From Alphaproteobacteria bacterium (GTDB lineage: Bacteria; Pseudomonadota; Alphaproteobacteria; CACIAM-22H2), in NCBI GenBank assembly GCA_016124335.1, contig WGNX01000005.1:475524-539523 (forward strand): a DNA stretch of 64,000 nt, given 5' to 3'. The notes under the pieces are model-generated. The model was not told the DNA's origin. It saw only the letters and a list, made by a program, of their open reading frames with translations, and did not search any database. The position numbers were made by a program, and so were the translations under genes. This document shows positions 38,997 to 48,404 of this stretch, in pieces; position 1 is the first letter of the stretch; the number at the start of each line of letters is the position of its first letter.

Positions 38997-39971
38997 ATGC
39001 GCATCGCGATCGTGGGGGCAGGGGCCATCGGGGGGACGCTTGCGGCCCTTCTGGCGAAGGCGGGTGCGCACGACGTTTCGCTTTTGGCGCGCGGGGCGCA
39101 TCTCGCCGCGATCCGTGGGCATGGGCTGACGCTCGATCAGGATGGGGTGCGCCACACGCATCGCCTGAACGCGAGCGACGATCCGGCCGCGCTCGGCGTG
39201 CGGGACATGGTGGTGCTGACGGTCAAGGGCCACAGCCTGCCGGCCCTTGCCCCGCTGCTGGGGCCGCTGCTTGCTCCGCGCACGATCGTGGTGTGCGCGC
39301 AGAACGGCATCCCGTGGTGGTTCTTCGCCGGCCTCGAGGCGCCCGAGCGAGACCAGCCGTTGCCCGTCGTCGATCCGGGCGGGGCCGTATGGAAGGCGCT
39401 TTCGGGCGCGCGCACCGTGGGCTGCATGATCCAGATCCCCGCGAGCGTGCCCGAACCGGGCGTGGTCGCGCATGGCGGCAGGCAGCGTGCCCTCACCTTC
39501 GGCACGCCGCGCAAGGGGGCCGATCCCGAAGCGCTTGCCGCGTGCGCCGACGTGTTCGGTGCGGCCGACGTCAAAGCCGTCGTCGAGGAAGACATCCGCA
39601 CGGTCGTGTGGACGAAGCTCGTGCAGAACGCGTTCTTCGGGCCGGCAAGCGCGCTCACGCTGGCGCGCAACGGCGCGGTCGATACCGCCCCCGGCATGCG
39701 CGAGATCCGCACGCGCGTGGTCGACGAATTGATCGCGGTCGCCGCCGCGTGGGGCAGCGCGCTGGCGCCCGCGCGCGCAAAACTTCTCGCCCCCAACACC
39801 AACCCCGAACACAAGACCTCGATGTTGCAGGATTTCGAGGCCGGCCGGCCGCTCGAGATCGGCCCCATCCTCGCCGCACCGCTCGATCTGGGCGCACGAC
39901 GCAAGATCGACATGCCCACGCTCGCCACGCTCCACGCGCTGGTCGCCTTGCGGATGGCCCCGAAGGCCTGA
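38997..39971 (+). CDS. 2-dehydropantoate 2-reductase family protein (PanE/ApbA)
   Basis: 324 aa. N-terminal Rossmann motif MRIAIVGAGAIGG. Family-typical length and C-terminal helical domain. Confidence 0.8.
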   Translation: MRIAIVGAGAIGGTLAALLAKAGAHDVSLLARGAHLAAIRGHGLTLDQDGVRHTHRLNASDDPAALGVRDMVVLTVKGHSLPALAPLLGPLLAPRTIVVCAQNGIPWWFFAGLEAPERDQPLPVVDPGGAVWKALSGARTVGCMIQIPASVPEPGVVAHGGRQRALTFGTPRKGADPEALAACADVFGAADVKAVVEEDIRTVVWTKLVQNAFFGPASALTLARNGAVDTAPGMREIRTRVVDELIAVAAAWGSALAPARAKLLAPNTNPEHKTSMLQDFEAGRPLEIGPILAAPLDLGARRKIDMPTLATLHALVALRMAPKA

Positions 39972-39982
39972 GGAACGCCGCC

Positions 39983-41227
39983 TCAGCCCAGGCTTTCGCC
40001 GTGCAGCGATTCGTCGAGGCCCTGACGCTCCTCTTCGGTCGAGACGCGCAGCCCCACCAGCACATCGGTCACGCGCAGCAGAACGAGCGATCCCGCCGCC
40101 GACCAGGCGACCGCCACGAGGCTTGCGAAGGCCTGAACGCCCAGCAGGGCCACCCCGCCCGCATAGGTGCCGCCGGTCAGGCGCCCGTCGGCGAACAGGC
40201 CCGTGAACAGCATGCCCACGATGCCGCCCACGCCATGCACGCCGAAAGCGTCGAGGCTGTCGTCATAGCGCAGGCGGAACTTGAGCCAGGTCGAAGCCCA
40301 CATGCACACCACGCCCGCAACGAACCCCAGCACCAGGGCCGGACCCGGCGCGAGGAACCCGGCCGCCGGCGTGACCGCCACGAGGCCCGCAACCGCACCC
40401 GAAATCGCGCCCAGCACCGTCGGCTTGCCGCGCCACGTCCATTCGAGCAGTGCCCAGCTGAGCGTGGCACCGGCAGCCGCCATCTGCGTGGCGAGCACGG
40501 CCATGCCCGCCCGCCCGCCCGCCGCAAGCGCCCCGCCGGCGTTGAAGCCGAACCAGCCCACCCACAGCAGCGCGCCGCCGGCAACCGCGTAGGCGAGGTT
40601 GTGGGGCGCCATGTTGTCGCTGCCCCAGCCCATCCGCCGCCCGACGACAAGCGCGCAGACAAGCGCGCAGATGCCCGCGTTGATTTCCACGACCGTGCCG
40701 CCGGCAAAGTCGGCCACGCCCATCTGGTTGAGCCAGCCGAGCGGGCTCCACACCCAATGGACGATCGGCGCATAGACGACGAGCGACCACAGCGAGAAGA
40801 ACAGGAGCATCGCCGAGAACTTCATGCGGTCGACGACGGCCCCGGTCACCACGGCGGGCGTGATGATCGCGAAGGCAAGCTGGTAGAGGAAGAAGACCGA
40901 TTCCGGGATGGTGGTCGCGACGGCGGCGTCCGTGCCGGCGCCCAGCGTGAAGGGGGTGTCGAATGAGTCGGCAAGCCCGACGAGGAACGCGCGCGACAGG
41001 TCGCCGATCCACGCATTGCCGGTGCCGAACGCGAGCGAATAGCCGACCGCGAACCACAGCACGCTGATTGCCGCGCAAAGTGCCAGCGACTGCATCATCA
41101 CGGACAGGATGTTCTTCTTGCGGACCATGCCGCCGTAGAAGAGTTGCAGGCCGGGGATCGTCATCAGGATGACGAGGAAGGTGCAAAGCAGCATCCAGGC
41201 GGTGTCGCCTGTGTCGATCTTGGCCAT
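39983..41227 (-). CDS. amtB: Ammonium transporter (Amt family)
   Basis: ORF 39983..41407 trimmed to MAKIDTGDTAWMLL. Eleven TM segments. Amt signature VADFAGGTVVEINAG. No glnK is adjacent. Confidence 0.9.
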   Translation of the reverse strand: MAKIDTGDTAWMLLCTFLVILMTIPGLQLFYGGMVRKKNILSVMMQSLALCAAISVLWFAVGYSLAFGTGNAWIGDLSRAFLVGLADSFDTPFTLGAGTDAAVATTIPESVFFLYQLAFAIITPAVVTGAVVDRMKFSAMLLFFSLWSLVVYAPIVHWVWSPLGWLNQMGVADFAGGTVVEINAGICALVCALVVGRRMGWGSDNMAPHNLAYAVAGGALLWVGWFGFNAGGALAAGGRAGMAVLATQMAAAGATLSWALLEWTWRGKPTVLGAISGAVAGLVAVTPAAGFLAPGPALVLGFVAGVVCMWASTWLKFRLRYDDSLDAFGVHGVGGIVGMLFTGLFADGRLTGGTYAGGVALLGVQAFASLVAVAWSAAGSLVLLRVTDVLVGLRVSTEEERQGLDESLHGESLG

Positions 41228-41393
41228 GGACGTTTCCCCGAACCGTAGCGTTTCTTGTGCGAATCGCCGCGGACCCGCGGCGCGGCGGGGAAAGTAGCGG
41301 GCGTCCCTGCGCGTGCGCAACGACCGCATGTTTTTGGGCGGTAACGCGCGACGAAAGGCGCTACGTTTGCGGCCGACGAGCGGAGATGAAGTC

Positions 41394-42515
41394 GTGCGGA
41401 CCATCAATATCGGGCTGATCGGGGCGGGCTATATCGGGCATTCGATGGCGCTGGCCTATCGCGCGGTGGGCGCGCTGTTCCCCGACCTGCCGCCGGTGCG
41501 CCTTGCGATGCTGGCCGACGCGAACGAGGCGACGGCGGCGAAAGCCGCACAGCGCTACGGCTTTGCCGCGTCGACCGGCGACTGGCGCCGTCTCGTGACC
41601 GACAAGGGCGTGGACGTCGTGGCGATCGCCACGCCCAATCACCTGCATTGCGAGATGGCGGTGGCGGCCCTGGAAGCCGGCAAGCACGTGCATTGCGAGA
41701 AGCCGCTCGCCCTCGACATGGACGAGGCGCGCAAGATGGCCGATGCGGCGCGGCGCGCGGGCACGCGCACGATCGTTGGCTACAACTACCTGCATAATCC
41801 GATGATCCGGCTGGCGCGCGAGATCGTCGCGCGCGGCGAGATCGGGCGCCTCGTGCATTTCCGCGGCTTCCACGAGGAAGACTACATGAGCGATCCGGCC
41901 CTGCCCTTCTCGTGGCGATGCGAACGCGAATTCGCGGGTGCGGGCGCACTCGCCGATCTCGGCTCGCATATCGTGAGCTTCGCCGATGCGCTCGCCGGCC
42001 CCATCGCCGAACTGAGTGCGGATATCGCGACCGTCGTGCCCGAGCGGCCGGTGGCCGGCGGCGGGCGGCGCAAGGTCGAGAACGAGGATCAGGGCCAGTT
42101 CATCGCGCGCTTCGCGTCCGGCGCCACGGGCGCGATCTCGGCCAGCCGCGTGGCGACGGGCCGCAAGATGGGCCTTGCCTTCGAGCTTGTCGGCACCGAG
42201 GGCGCCATCGCGTTCGATCAGGAGCGGCTCAACGAGCTGCGCGTCTATCGCGCGAAGGAGGCCGCCGGTGCACGCGGCTTCGCGACCATCCTGGCCGGCC
42301 CCGAGCATCCCGGTTACGCCGCGTTCTGTCCGGCCCCCGGCCACCAGATCGGCTTCACCGACCTGAAGACGCTGGAGGTGGCGCATTTCCTTTCCGCCAT
42401 CTGCAACGGCCGCGCGGCGGAGCCGGATTTCGCCACGGCGCTGCGCTACGAGGCGGTGATCGATGCCGCGCTGCGTTCGGCCGAGAGCCGGCGCTGGGTC
42501 CGCGTCGGGGGATAA
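41394..42515 (+). CDS. Gfo/Idh/MocA family oxidoreductase
   Basis: ORF 41313..42515 trimmed to a GTG preceded by GGAG. N-terminal Rossmann motif INIGLIGAGYIG and the EKPLA motif (HCEKPLALD). Confidence 0.8.
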   Translation: MRTINIGLIGAGYIGHSMALAYRAVGALFPDLPPVRLAMLADANEATAAKAAQRYGFAASTGDWRRLVTDKGVDVVAIATPNHLHCEMAVAALEAGKHVHCEKPLALDMDEARKMADAARRAGTRTIVGYNYLHNPMIRLAREIVARGEIGRLVHFRGFHEEDYMSDPALPFSWRCEREFAGAGALADLGSHIVSFADALAGPIAELSADIATVVPERPVAGGGRRKVENEDQGQFIARFASGATGAISASRVATGRKMGLAFELVGTEGAIAFDQERLNELRVYRAKEAAGARGFATILAGPEHPGYAAFCPAPGHQIGFTDLKTLEVAHFLSAICNGRAAEPDFATALRYEAVIDAALRSAESRRWVRVGG

Positions 42516-42585
42516 ACATTACGGATTTTCAATGAATTATACGGCAATACATTGAATTTTAGGTTTTTTGCACTATCTTGGTTGC

Positions 42586-42903
42586 ATGGATCAGCATCCG
42601 CCCGTCGACACGTCCGAACGCAGGGTGATCATCAACCTGCTGGGTGCCGCCTTCGCGTTCTGCGCGGTGATGGGCGCGATTGGCTATGTCGTGACGCGCT
42701 ATCCCGAACTGCTCGACGGCACGGCGAAAATGGTCAATGGCGTTGCCGTCGCCATTCCCGACGTGCTGCACACCGAATCGATGACGCTGCGTTGCCGCAT
42801 CTCGAAGGAATACGTGATGGAGCCGGGCACAAACCAGGTGCGCACGACCGCGACCACCACGAACTGCGCTAACGAACCGACCGTCGCCAAGCCCGCCAAG
42901 TAA
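42586..42903 (+). CDS. Hypothetical small membrane protein
   Basis: ORF 42568..42903. The ATG at 42586 (MDQHPP) is preferred because 42568 lies inside the putative promoter. One TM (IINLLGAAFAFCAVMGAIGYVV) and high GC3 by eye. No recognisable family. Confidence 0.45.
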   Translation: MDQHPPVDTSERRVIINLLGAAFAFCAVMGAIGYVVTRYPELLDGTAKMVNGVAVAIPDVLHTESMTLRCRISKEYVMEPGTNQVRTTATTTNCANEPTVAKPAK

Positions 42904-42949
42904 CGAAAAGAGCGCCGCATCGTCGGCGCCGTCCGCGAGGAGATCCCCC

Positions 42950-43966
42950 ATGCTTCTGACGACCGTGGCCGGCAGCCTGCCGAAGCCCTCGTGGCTTGCG
43001 ACACCCCAGATGCTGTGGGCGCCTTGGCGCCAGACCGGTGCGGCCCTTGCCGAAGCGCAGGCCGACGCGACGATGCTCGCCGTGCGGCTCCAACGCATGG
43101 CGGGGATCGACATCCCCAGCGACGGCGAACAGGCGCGCCAGCATTTCGTCCACGGTTTCCTTGCCGGCGTCGACGGGATCGACTTCGAGAACAAGGTCAC
43201 GATGGGCATCCGCAACAACCGCTACGACGCGCAGGTGCCGCAGGTGATCGGCGCGCTCAGGCGCAAGGGGCCGGTGCATTCGATGGAAGCGCGCGCCGCG
43301 CGTGCCGCGACGAAGGGCAAGGTCAAGTTCACGCTGCCGGGGCCGATGACCATCGTCGACACGATCGCCGACCGGCACTATGGCGACCGCGTGAAGATGG
43401 CGATGGCCTTCGCCGACCTGCTGAACGAGGAGGCGCGCGAGCTGGAAGCCATCGGCATCGACACCGTGCAGTTCGACGAACCGGCCTTCAACGTCTTCAC
43501 CGACGAGGTGCTCGACTGGGGGATCCCCGCGCTGCTGCGCGCGGCCAAGGGCCTCGAATGCACGACGGCCGTGCATGTCTGCTACGGCTACGGCATCAAG
43601 GCGAACATCGACTGGAAGAAGTCGCTGGGCAGCGAATGGCGCCAGTACGAGCGCATTTTCCCCGAGCTTGCGAAAAGCGCCATCGGCCAGGTCAGCCTCG
43701 AATGCGCGAATTCGAAGGTGCCCATCGAGTTCCTGGGCCTGCTCAAGGGCAAGGACGTGCTGGTGGGCTGCATCGACGTGGCAAGCGAGAGCGCCGAGAC
43801 GCCCGAGGAAGTCGCCGCGACGATCCGCCGCGCGATGAAATACGTGCCGCCCGAACGGCTGTTCCCGTGCACGAACTGCGGCATGGCGCCGATGTCGCGC
43901 GAGCTGGCCTATGCGAAGCTTGCCGCGCTGAGCGCGGGGGCGGCACTGGTGCGCAAATCGCCCTGA
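42950..43966 (+). CDS. Cobalamin-independent methionine synthase (MetE C-terminal domain) family protein
   Basis: 338 aa. MLLTTVAGSLPKP start, Zn-ligand-type motifs HVCYG and PCTNCGMAP. Single-domain, short MetE-like architecture. Confidence 0.8.
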   Translation: MLLTTVAGSLPKPSWLATPQMLWAPWRQTGAALAEAQADATMLAVRLQRMAGIDIPSDGEQARQHFVHGFLAGVDGIDFENKVTMGIRNNRYDAQVPQVIGALRRKGPVHSMEARAARAATKGKVKFTLPGPMTIVDTIADRHYGDRVKMAMAFADLLNEEARELEAIGIDTVQFDEPAFNVFTDEVLDWGIPALLRAAKGLECTTAVHVCYGYGIKANIDWKKSLGSEWRQYERIFPELAKSAIGQVSLECANSKVPIEFLGLLKGKDVLVGCIDVASESAETPEEVAATIRRAMKYVPPERLFPCTNCGMAPMSRELAYAKLAALSAGAALVRKSP

Positions 43967-44049
43967 CGGCGGCTTCCTGAATAAATCTTGGCGGTGGTGC
44001 GAGAAAAACTTGTGAAGTGCGGCCACGGCCGGGTGATTATGGTGCCGCC

Positions 44050-44964
44050 ATGCGTCGCCGTCTGCCGCCCCTCAACTCGCTGCGCGTCTTCGAGGCCGTC
44101 GCCCGCCATCTGAGCGTGTCGAAGGCGGCCGACGAGCTGGCCGTGACGCCGGCGGCCGTCAGCCACCAGATCAAGACGATCGAGGATCATCTGGGCATCG
44201 CGCTGTTCCAGCGCGTGAAGGGCAACCTGCTGCTGTCGGACGCGGGCCAGGCGATCCTGCCCGGCATCCGCGGCGGCTTCGAGCAGTTCGTTTCGGCGAT
44301 CGAGGCGGTCGACAATCTGGGCGACGCGGGCCTGCTGACGATCAGCGTGGCGCCGTCCTTCGCGGCCAAATGGCTGCTGCCGCGGCTCGACCGGTTCCAG
44401 ACGCAGTATCCGGAAATCGACGTGCGCGTTGCCGCGTCGATGTACCTGACCGAGTTCCACGGCGATGGCGTCGATCTCGCGATCCGCTACGGCGCGGGCC
44501 GCTATCCCGACCTGCATGTCGAACGCCTGCTCGACGAGGCGGTGTTCCCGGTATGCAGCCCCGATCTGCTGAAGGGGGCCGCACCGCTCGACACACCCGA
44601 GGCGCTGAAGAACCACACGCTGCTGCACGACGACAGCCCCGACGACGATCCTTCGTGCCCGAGCTGGCCGATGTGGCTCAAGGCCGCAGGCGTGGCGGAT
44701 GTCGACGGCACGCGCGGGCCGAAATTCAACCAGTCGAGCCTCGTGATCGAGGCGGCGGTGATGGGACGCGGCGTGGCGCTGGGCAAGTCGCTGCTGGCCG
44801 CGGCCGATCTCGAGGCGGGCCGGCTGGTCAAGCCGTTCGGCAAGGCCGTGCCGGTCGATTTCGCCTATTACGTCGTGTGCCCCAAGCCGAAGCTGGCGCT
44901 GCGCAAAGTGGTGCTGTTCCGCGAATGGCTGCGCGCCGAAGCGGGCACGCCCAAGAAGCGCTGA
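44050..44964 (+). CDS. LysR family transcriptional regulator (GcvA-like)
   Basis: ORF 44017..44964 trimmed to MRRRLPPLNSLRVFEAVARHLSVSKAADELAVTPAAVSHQIKTIE. Confidence 0.85.
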   Translation: MRRRLPPLNSLRVFEAVARHLSVSKAADELAVTPAAVSHQIKTIEDHLGIALFQRVKGNLLLSDAGQAILPGIRGGFEQFVSAIEAVDNLGDAGLLTISVAPSFAAKWLLPRLDRFQTQYPEIDVRVAASMYLTEFHGDGVDLAIRYGAGRYPDLHVERLLDEAVFPVCSPDLLKGAAPLDTPEALKNHTLLHDDSPDDDPSCPSWPMWLKAAGVADVDGTRGPKFNQSSLVIEAAVMGRGVALGKSLLAAADLEAGRLVKPFGKAVPVDFAYYVVCPKPKLALRKVVLFREWLRAEAGTPKKR

Positions 44965-44973
44965 ACGGGCCTG

Positions 44974-45300
44974 CTAGAAGTCGACCTTGCCGCCGGCAAG
45001 GAAGATGGTCAGCAGCGCTTCGATTTCCTTGTCGGCCGGCTTGCGCAGATCCCACTTGCCCGCGACGAACCCTTCGCCCGCGCGCACGATCGTGCCGCGC
45101 CCGCGCACTTCGACCGAGCCGCGGTCCGAACGGATGCCGAGAACCACGTCGAACGGCGTCTCGAGCGGCGACCAGCCGGTCTCGGCCTTCGCGCGCCAGC
45201 CGTTGCGGCTCCAGTCGACGAGTTCGTAGCCTTCGCCGTCGACGAGCAGCGTGCCCTTCAGCACGCCGTAGCGGGTCTGTGTCCGTTTTTCTTCGCTCAT
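44974..45300 (-). CDS. Stand-alone PilZ domain protein (putative c-di-GMP receptor)
   Basis: 108 aa. RxxxR (RTQTR) followed 18 residues later by DxSxxG (DWSRNG). Confidence 0.65.
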   Translation of the reverse strand: MSEEKRTQTRYGVLKGTLLVDGEGYELVDWSRNGWRAKAETGWSPLETPFDVVLGIRSDRGSVEVRGRGTIVRAGEGFVAGKWDLRKPADKEIEALLTIFLAGGKVDF

Positions 45301-45363
45301 CGTCTCGTCCGTTCGCCGGGTCCGCCCCTGGGTTTCGGGCGAAAACTAGCCGATCCGCGCGCG

Positions 45364-46206
45364 CTAGGAAAGGTTCCGTGCGCGCGGGCCGGCGATCGCG
45401 TTGATGAGGATCGCGGCGGTTGCCGCGACATTGAGCGACTGCACGCGGCCCGAGCCCGGCAGCGTGACCACGCGCTCGCACGCGGCAAGCGTGGCGGCGG
45501 GCAGGCCGTCTTCCTCGTTGCCCAGCACGAGGCATACAGGTTTGGATGCCGCCGCAAGATCGCCGGGCGCGATGCTCCGGCCGGTTCCCAACGCCGTCGC
45601 GACGGTCAGGTAGAACGGCTGGAGCCGGCGCAGCACGTCGGGCATGCGATGGATGCGCAGCACGTCGAGCCACACAAGCCCGCCTTCGGACACGCGATAG
45701 GCCGCCTCGGAAGGCGCGGCCTGCGAGGGATGGTCGCTGATGGCGATGCGCGGCAGGCCGAAAAATGCGGCCGTGCGCGCGATGGCGCCCAGATTGTGCG
45801 GATTGCCGATCCCGTCGAGGATGACCAGCGGCTGCCAGCGGTCGGCCCAGTTGCGCGCCTGGCCCACGTCGAACTGCTGGGGCGCGCGTTCGGCGGTTTC
45901 GGCAAGGATGCCGCCGTTGAGTGTCGTGCCCGCGATCTTCGCAAGGGCCGCTTCCGGCACGATCTTGTGCGCGATGCCGCGCGCGTTTGCCTCGCGCAGC
46001 AGGGCGCTTGCGGCCTGTGCCGTATCGGGTGCCACGTAAAGGCGTTCGATGGCGCCGGGTGCGCGGGCGAAAAGCGCTTCGACTGCGGGCAGGCCGGCGA
46101 TGCGCAGCGTTTCGCGGCGATGGCGCGGGCGCTCGGCCTCGGCCGGGCGGGATTGCTTGCGGCGCCGGTCGGGCCGGGGCGGGCGGTGCGGGGGCGGACG
46201 GCTCAT
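45364..46206 (-). CDS. TrmH/SpoU family RNA 2'-O-methyltransferase (RlmB-like)
   Basis: ORF 45364..47025 trimmed to MSRPPPH. Basic N-terminal tail, substrate-binding-type segment GLPAVEALF, and SpoU motifs LGNEEDGLP and SLNVAATAAIL. Confidence 0.8.
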   Translation of the reverse strand: MSRPPPHRPPRPDRRRKQSRPAEAERPRHRRETLRIAGLPAVEALFARAPGAIERLYVAPDTAQAASALLREANARGIAHKIVPEAALAKIAGTTLNGGILAETAERAPQQFDVGQARNWADRWQPLVILDGIGNPHNLGAIARTAAFFGLPRIAISDHPSQAAPSEAAYRVSEGGLVWLDVLRIHRMPDVLRRLQPFYLTVATALGTGRSIAPGDLAAASKPVCLVLGNEEDGLPAATLAACERVVTLPGSGRVQSLNVAATAAILINAIAGPRARNLS

Positions 46207-46341
46207 GCGATTGCGAGGCTTACAGCGAATGCCCGGCCTGCGCCATCGGCGTTTATTTGCGTTGTGCGCGCGTTCGCCGTATTTTCCGCGTCCCCTCGGG
46301 GGCGGAAGGCCTGCCCCCGAATTCGACTGGAAACGACGACG

Positions 46342-48213
46342 ATGGACGCAAAACCGGGCCCCGATCTCGAGCGCATGCGGCATTCCTGCTCGCACGTGCT
46401 CGCGGCTGCCGTACTGAAGCTTTTCCCCGACGCGAAGCTGGGCGTGGGCCCGGCGACCGACACCGGCTTCTATTACGACATCCAGACGACGGTCCCGCTG
46501 ACGACCGAGGACCTGCCGAAGATCGAAGCGGAAATGCGCAAGATCCGCGAGCGCAAGCTGCCGCTCGTGCGCAGCGAAGTGCCGGTCAAGGATGCGGTCG
46601 CGTTCATGGAAAAGACAGGCCAGAGCTTCAAGGTCGAACTGCTCGAGCTTCTCGCCACGCGCGGCTCGACGGCGGCCAAGGGCCTCGACGATCCCAATCT
46701 GGTCGATGCGGGTGCGGGCGGCGTTTCCAGCGTGTCGTTCTACACGCTTGGCGACTTCACAGATCTTTGCCGCGGCCCCCATGTCGAGCACACGGGCCAG
46801 GTGGGTGCCTTCAAGCTCACCAAGCTTGCCGGCGCCTATTGGCGCGGCGATTCGCGCAATCCGCAGCTGACGCGCGTCTACGGCACCTGCTGGGCCAACG
46901 AGCAGGACCTGAAGGCGTATCTGCATCGCGTCGAGGAGGCCGAGAAGCGCGATCACCGCAAGCTCGGCGCCGCGATGGGCCTTTTCCATCTTCAGGAAGA
47001 AGCGCCCGGCACGGTGTTCTGGCATCCCAAGGGCTGGACTCTGTTCCGCACGATCGAACGCTACATGCGCACGCGCCTCGAGGCCGACGGCTATGTCGAG
47101 GTGAAGACGCCGCAGCTGGTCGACCGCGTGTTCTGGGAAAAATCAGGGCACTGGGCGAACTATCGCGACGCGATGTTCGTGGCCAAGCCAGGCAAGGAAG
47201 GCGAGGAGGAAGACCGTCTCTACGCCATCAAGCCGATGAACTGCCCGGGCGCGGTGCAGATCTTCCGGCAGGGGCAGCGCAGCTATCGCGAACTGCCGCT
47301 GCGGCTGGCGGAGTTCGGCGCCTGCCACCGCTATGAACCTTCTGGTGCCTTGCACGGCATCATGCGCGTGCGCGCCTTCACGCAGGACGACGCGCACATC
47401 TTCTGCACCGAGGACCAGGTGCCGGCGGAATCGCGCAAGTTCTGCGACCTGCTGCGCGTCATCTACAAGGATTTCGGCTTCGCCGACCTGCTGGTGAAGT
47501 TCTCCGACCGGCCCGAACTGCGCGCGGGTTCCGACGAGACATGGGACAAGGCCGAAGCCGCGCTGGAGGCGGGTTCGAAGGCCGCGGGTCTCGAGACGAT
47601 CCGCAATCCGGGCGAAGGCGCGTTCTACGGTCCCAAGCTCGAGTTCGTGCTGCGCGATGCCATCGGCCGCGACTGGCAGTGCGGCACGCTGCAGGTCGAT
47701 TTCGTGCTGCCCGAGCGGCTGGATGCAAGCTTCATCGGCGAGGACGGCGCCAAGCACCGCCCGGTGATGCTGCATCGCGCGATCCTGGGATCGTTCGAGC
47801 GCTTCATCGGCATCCTGATCGAGAACTATGCCGGCCGCCTGCCGACATGGCTGGCGCCGATCCAGGCGCGCACGGTGCCCATCGCCGACCGGCATGCCGA
47901 ATTCGCGCGCGAAGTCGCGCGCCGGCTGATGGCAAGCGAACTGCCGCAGACCGACGGCGGCATCCGCGTCGACGTGGACGATTCGACCGAGCGCATGCAG
48001 AAGAAGATCCGCAATGCCCAGCTCGAGCAGATCCCCTACATGCTGGTGATCGGCGACAAAGAGCAGGCCGAAGGCCGCGTGGCGGTGCGTCTGCGCTCGG
48101 GCAAGGATCTCGGCTCGATGGCGATCGAGGATGTGATCGCGCGCATCAAGGCCGAAGTCGGCACGCGCACCGACATCGTCGAGCCAGCGGCGGAAACGGC
48201 GAAAACGACCTGA
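46342..48213 (+). CDS. thrS: Threonine--tRNA ligase lacking the N-terminal TGS domain
   Basis: ORF 45649..48213 trimmed to MDAKPGPDLERMRHSCSHVLAAAV. Editing-domain motifs HSCSH and DLCRGPHV. Class II core RDHRKLG...FWHPKG. C-terminal anticodon-binding domain. The editing HxxxH sits at residue ~13 instead of ~70. Confidence 0.9.
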   Translation: MDAKPGPDLERMRHSCSHVLAAAVLKLFPDAKLGVGPATDTGFYYDIQTTVPLTTEDLPKIEAEMRKIRERKLPLVRSEVPVKDAVAFMEKTGQSFKVELLELLATRGSTAAKGLDDPNLVDAGAGGVSSVSFYTLGDFTDLCRGPHVEHTGQVGAFKLTKLAGAYWRGDSRNPQLTRVYGTCWANEQDLKAYLHRVEEAEKRDHRKLGAAMGLFHLQEEAPGTVFWHPKGWTLFRTIERYMRTRLEADGYVEVKTPQLVDRVFWEKSGHWANYRDAMFVAKPGKEGEEEDRLYAIKPMNCPGAVQIFRQGQRSYRELPLRLAEFGACHRYEPSGALHGIMRVRAFTQDDAHIFCTEDQVPAESRKFCDLLRVIYKDFGFADLLVKFSDRPELRAGSDETWDKAEAALEAGSKAAGLETIRNPGEGAFYGPKLEFVLRDAIGRDWQCGTLQVDFVLPERLDASFIGEDGAKHRPVMLHRAILGSFERFIGILIENYAGRLPTWLAPIQARTVPIADRHAEFAREVARRLMASELPQTDGGIRVDVDDSTERMQKKIRNAQLEQIPYMLVIGDKEQAEGRVAVRLRSGKDLGSMAIEDVIARIKAEVGTRTDIVEPAAETAKTT

Positions 48214-48404
48214 TGCGGATGATTTTGCGGCTTTGGGCGTGGCGGTGAAATCCATGCAGCCAAAACGGGAATTTTTGCGGCAGCTTTTCAAGTGACTTAG
48301 CCGTTTCAAACGATTTTCCCGATCATCGTTAAGAGGCCGCTAACGCCTGTGGCCATAACTTGCGGACTGGGGGCGGACCGCCCTCACATGGACCGGAGTG
48401 CGTC

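Noticed and set aside
38906-40966. 686-aa plus-strand ORF spanning panE and the antisense of amt
   Set aside because: It is in a different frame from the Rossmann-containing PanE ORF and antisense to a clear ammonium transporter. Arg/Gly/Ala-rich shadow.
42904-42949. Riboswitch (B12 or SAM) upstream of the MetE-like gene
   Set aside because: Only 46 nt separate it from the preceding ORF, and no riboswitch core motifs are present.
45649-46341. In-frame 231-codon extension upstream of thrS (searched for a TGS domain)
   Set aside because: It overlaps the TrmH-family gene on the opposite strand, and its translation shows nothing TGS-like. The ATG at 46342 is used.
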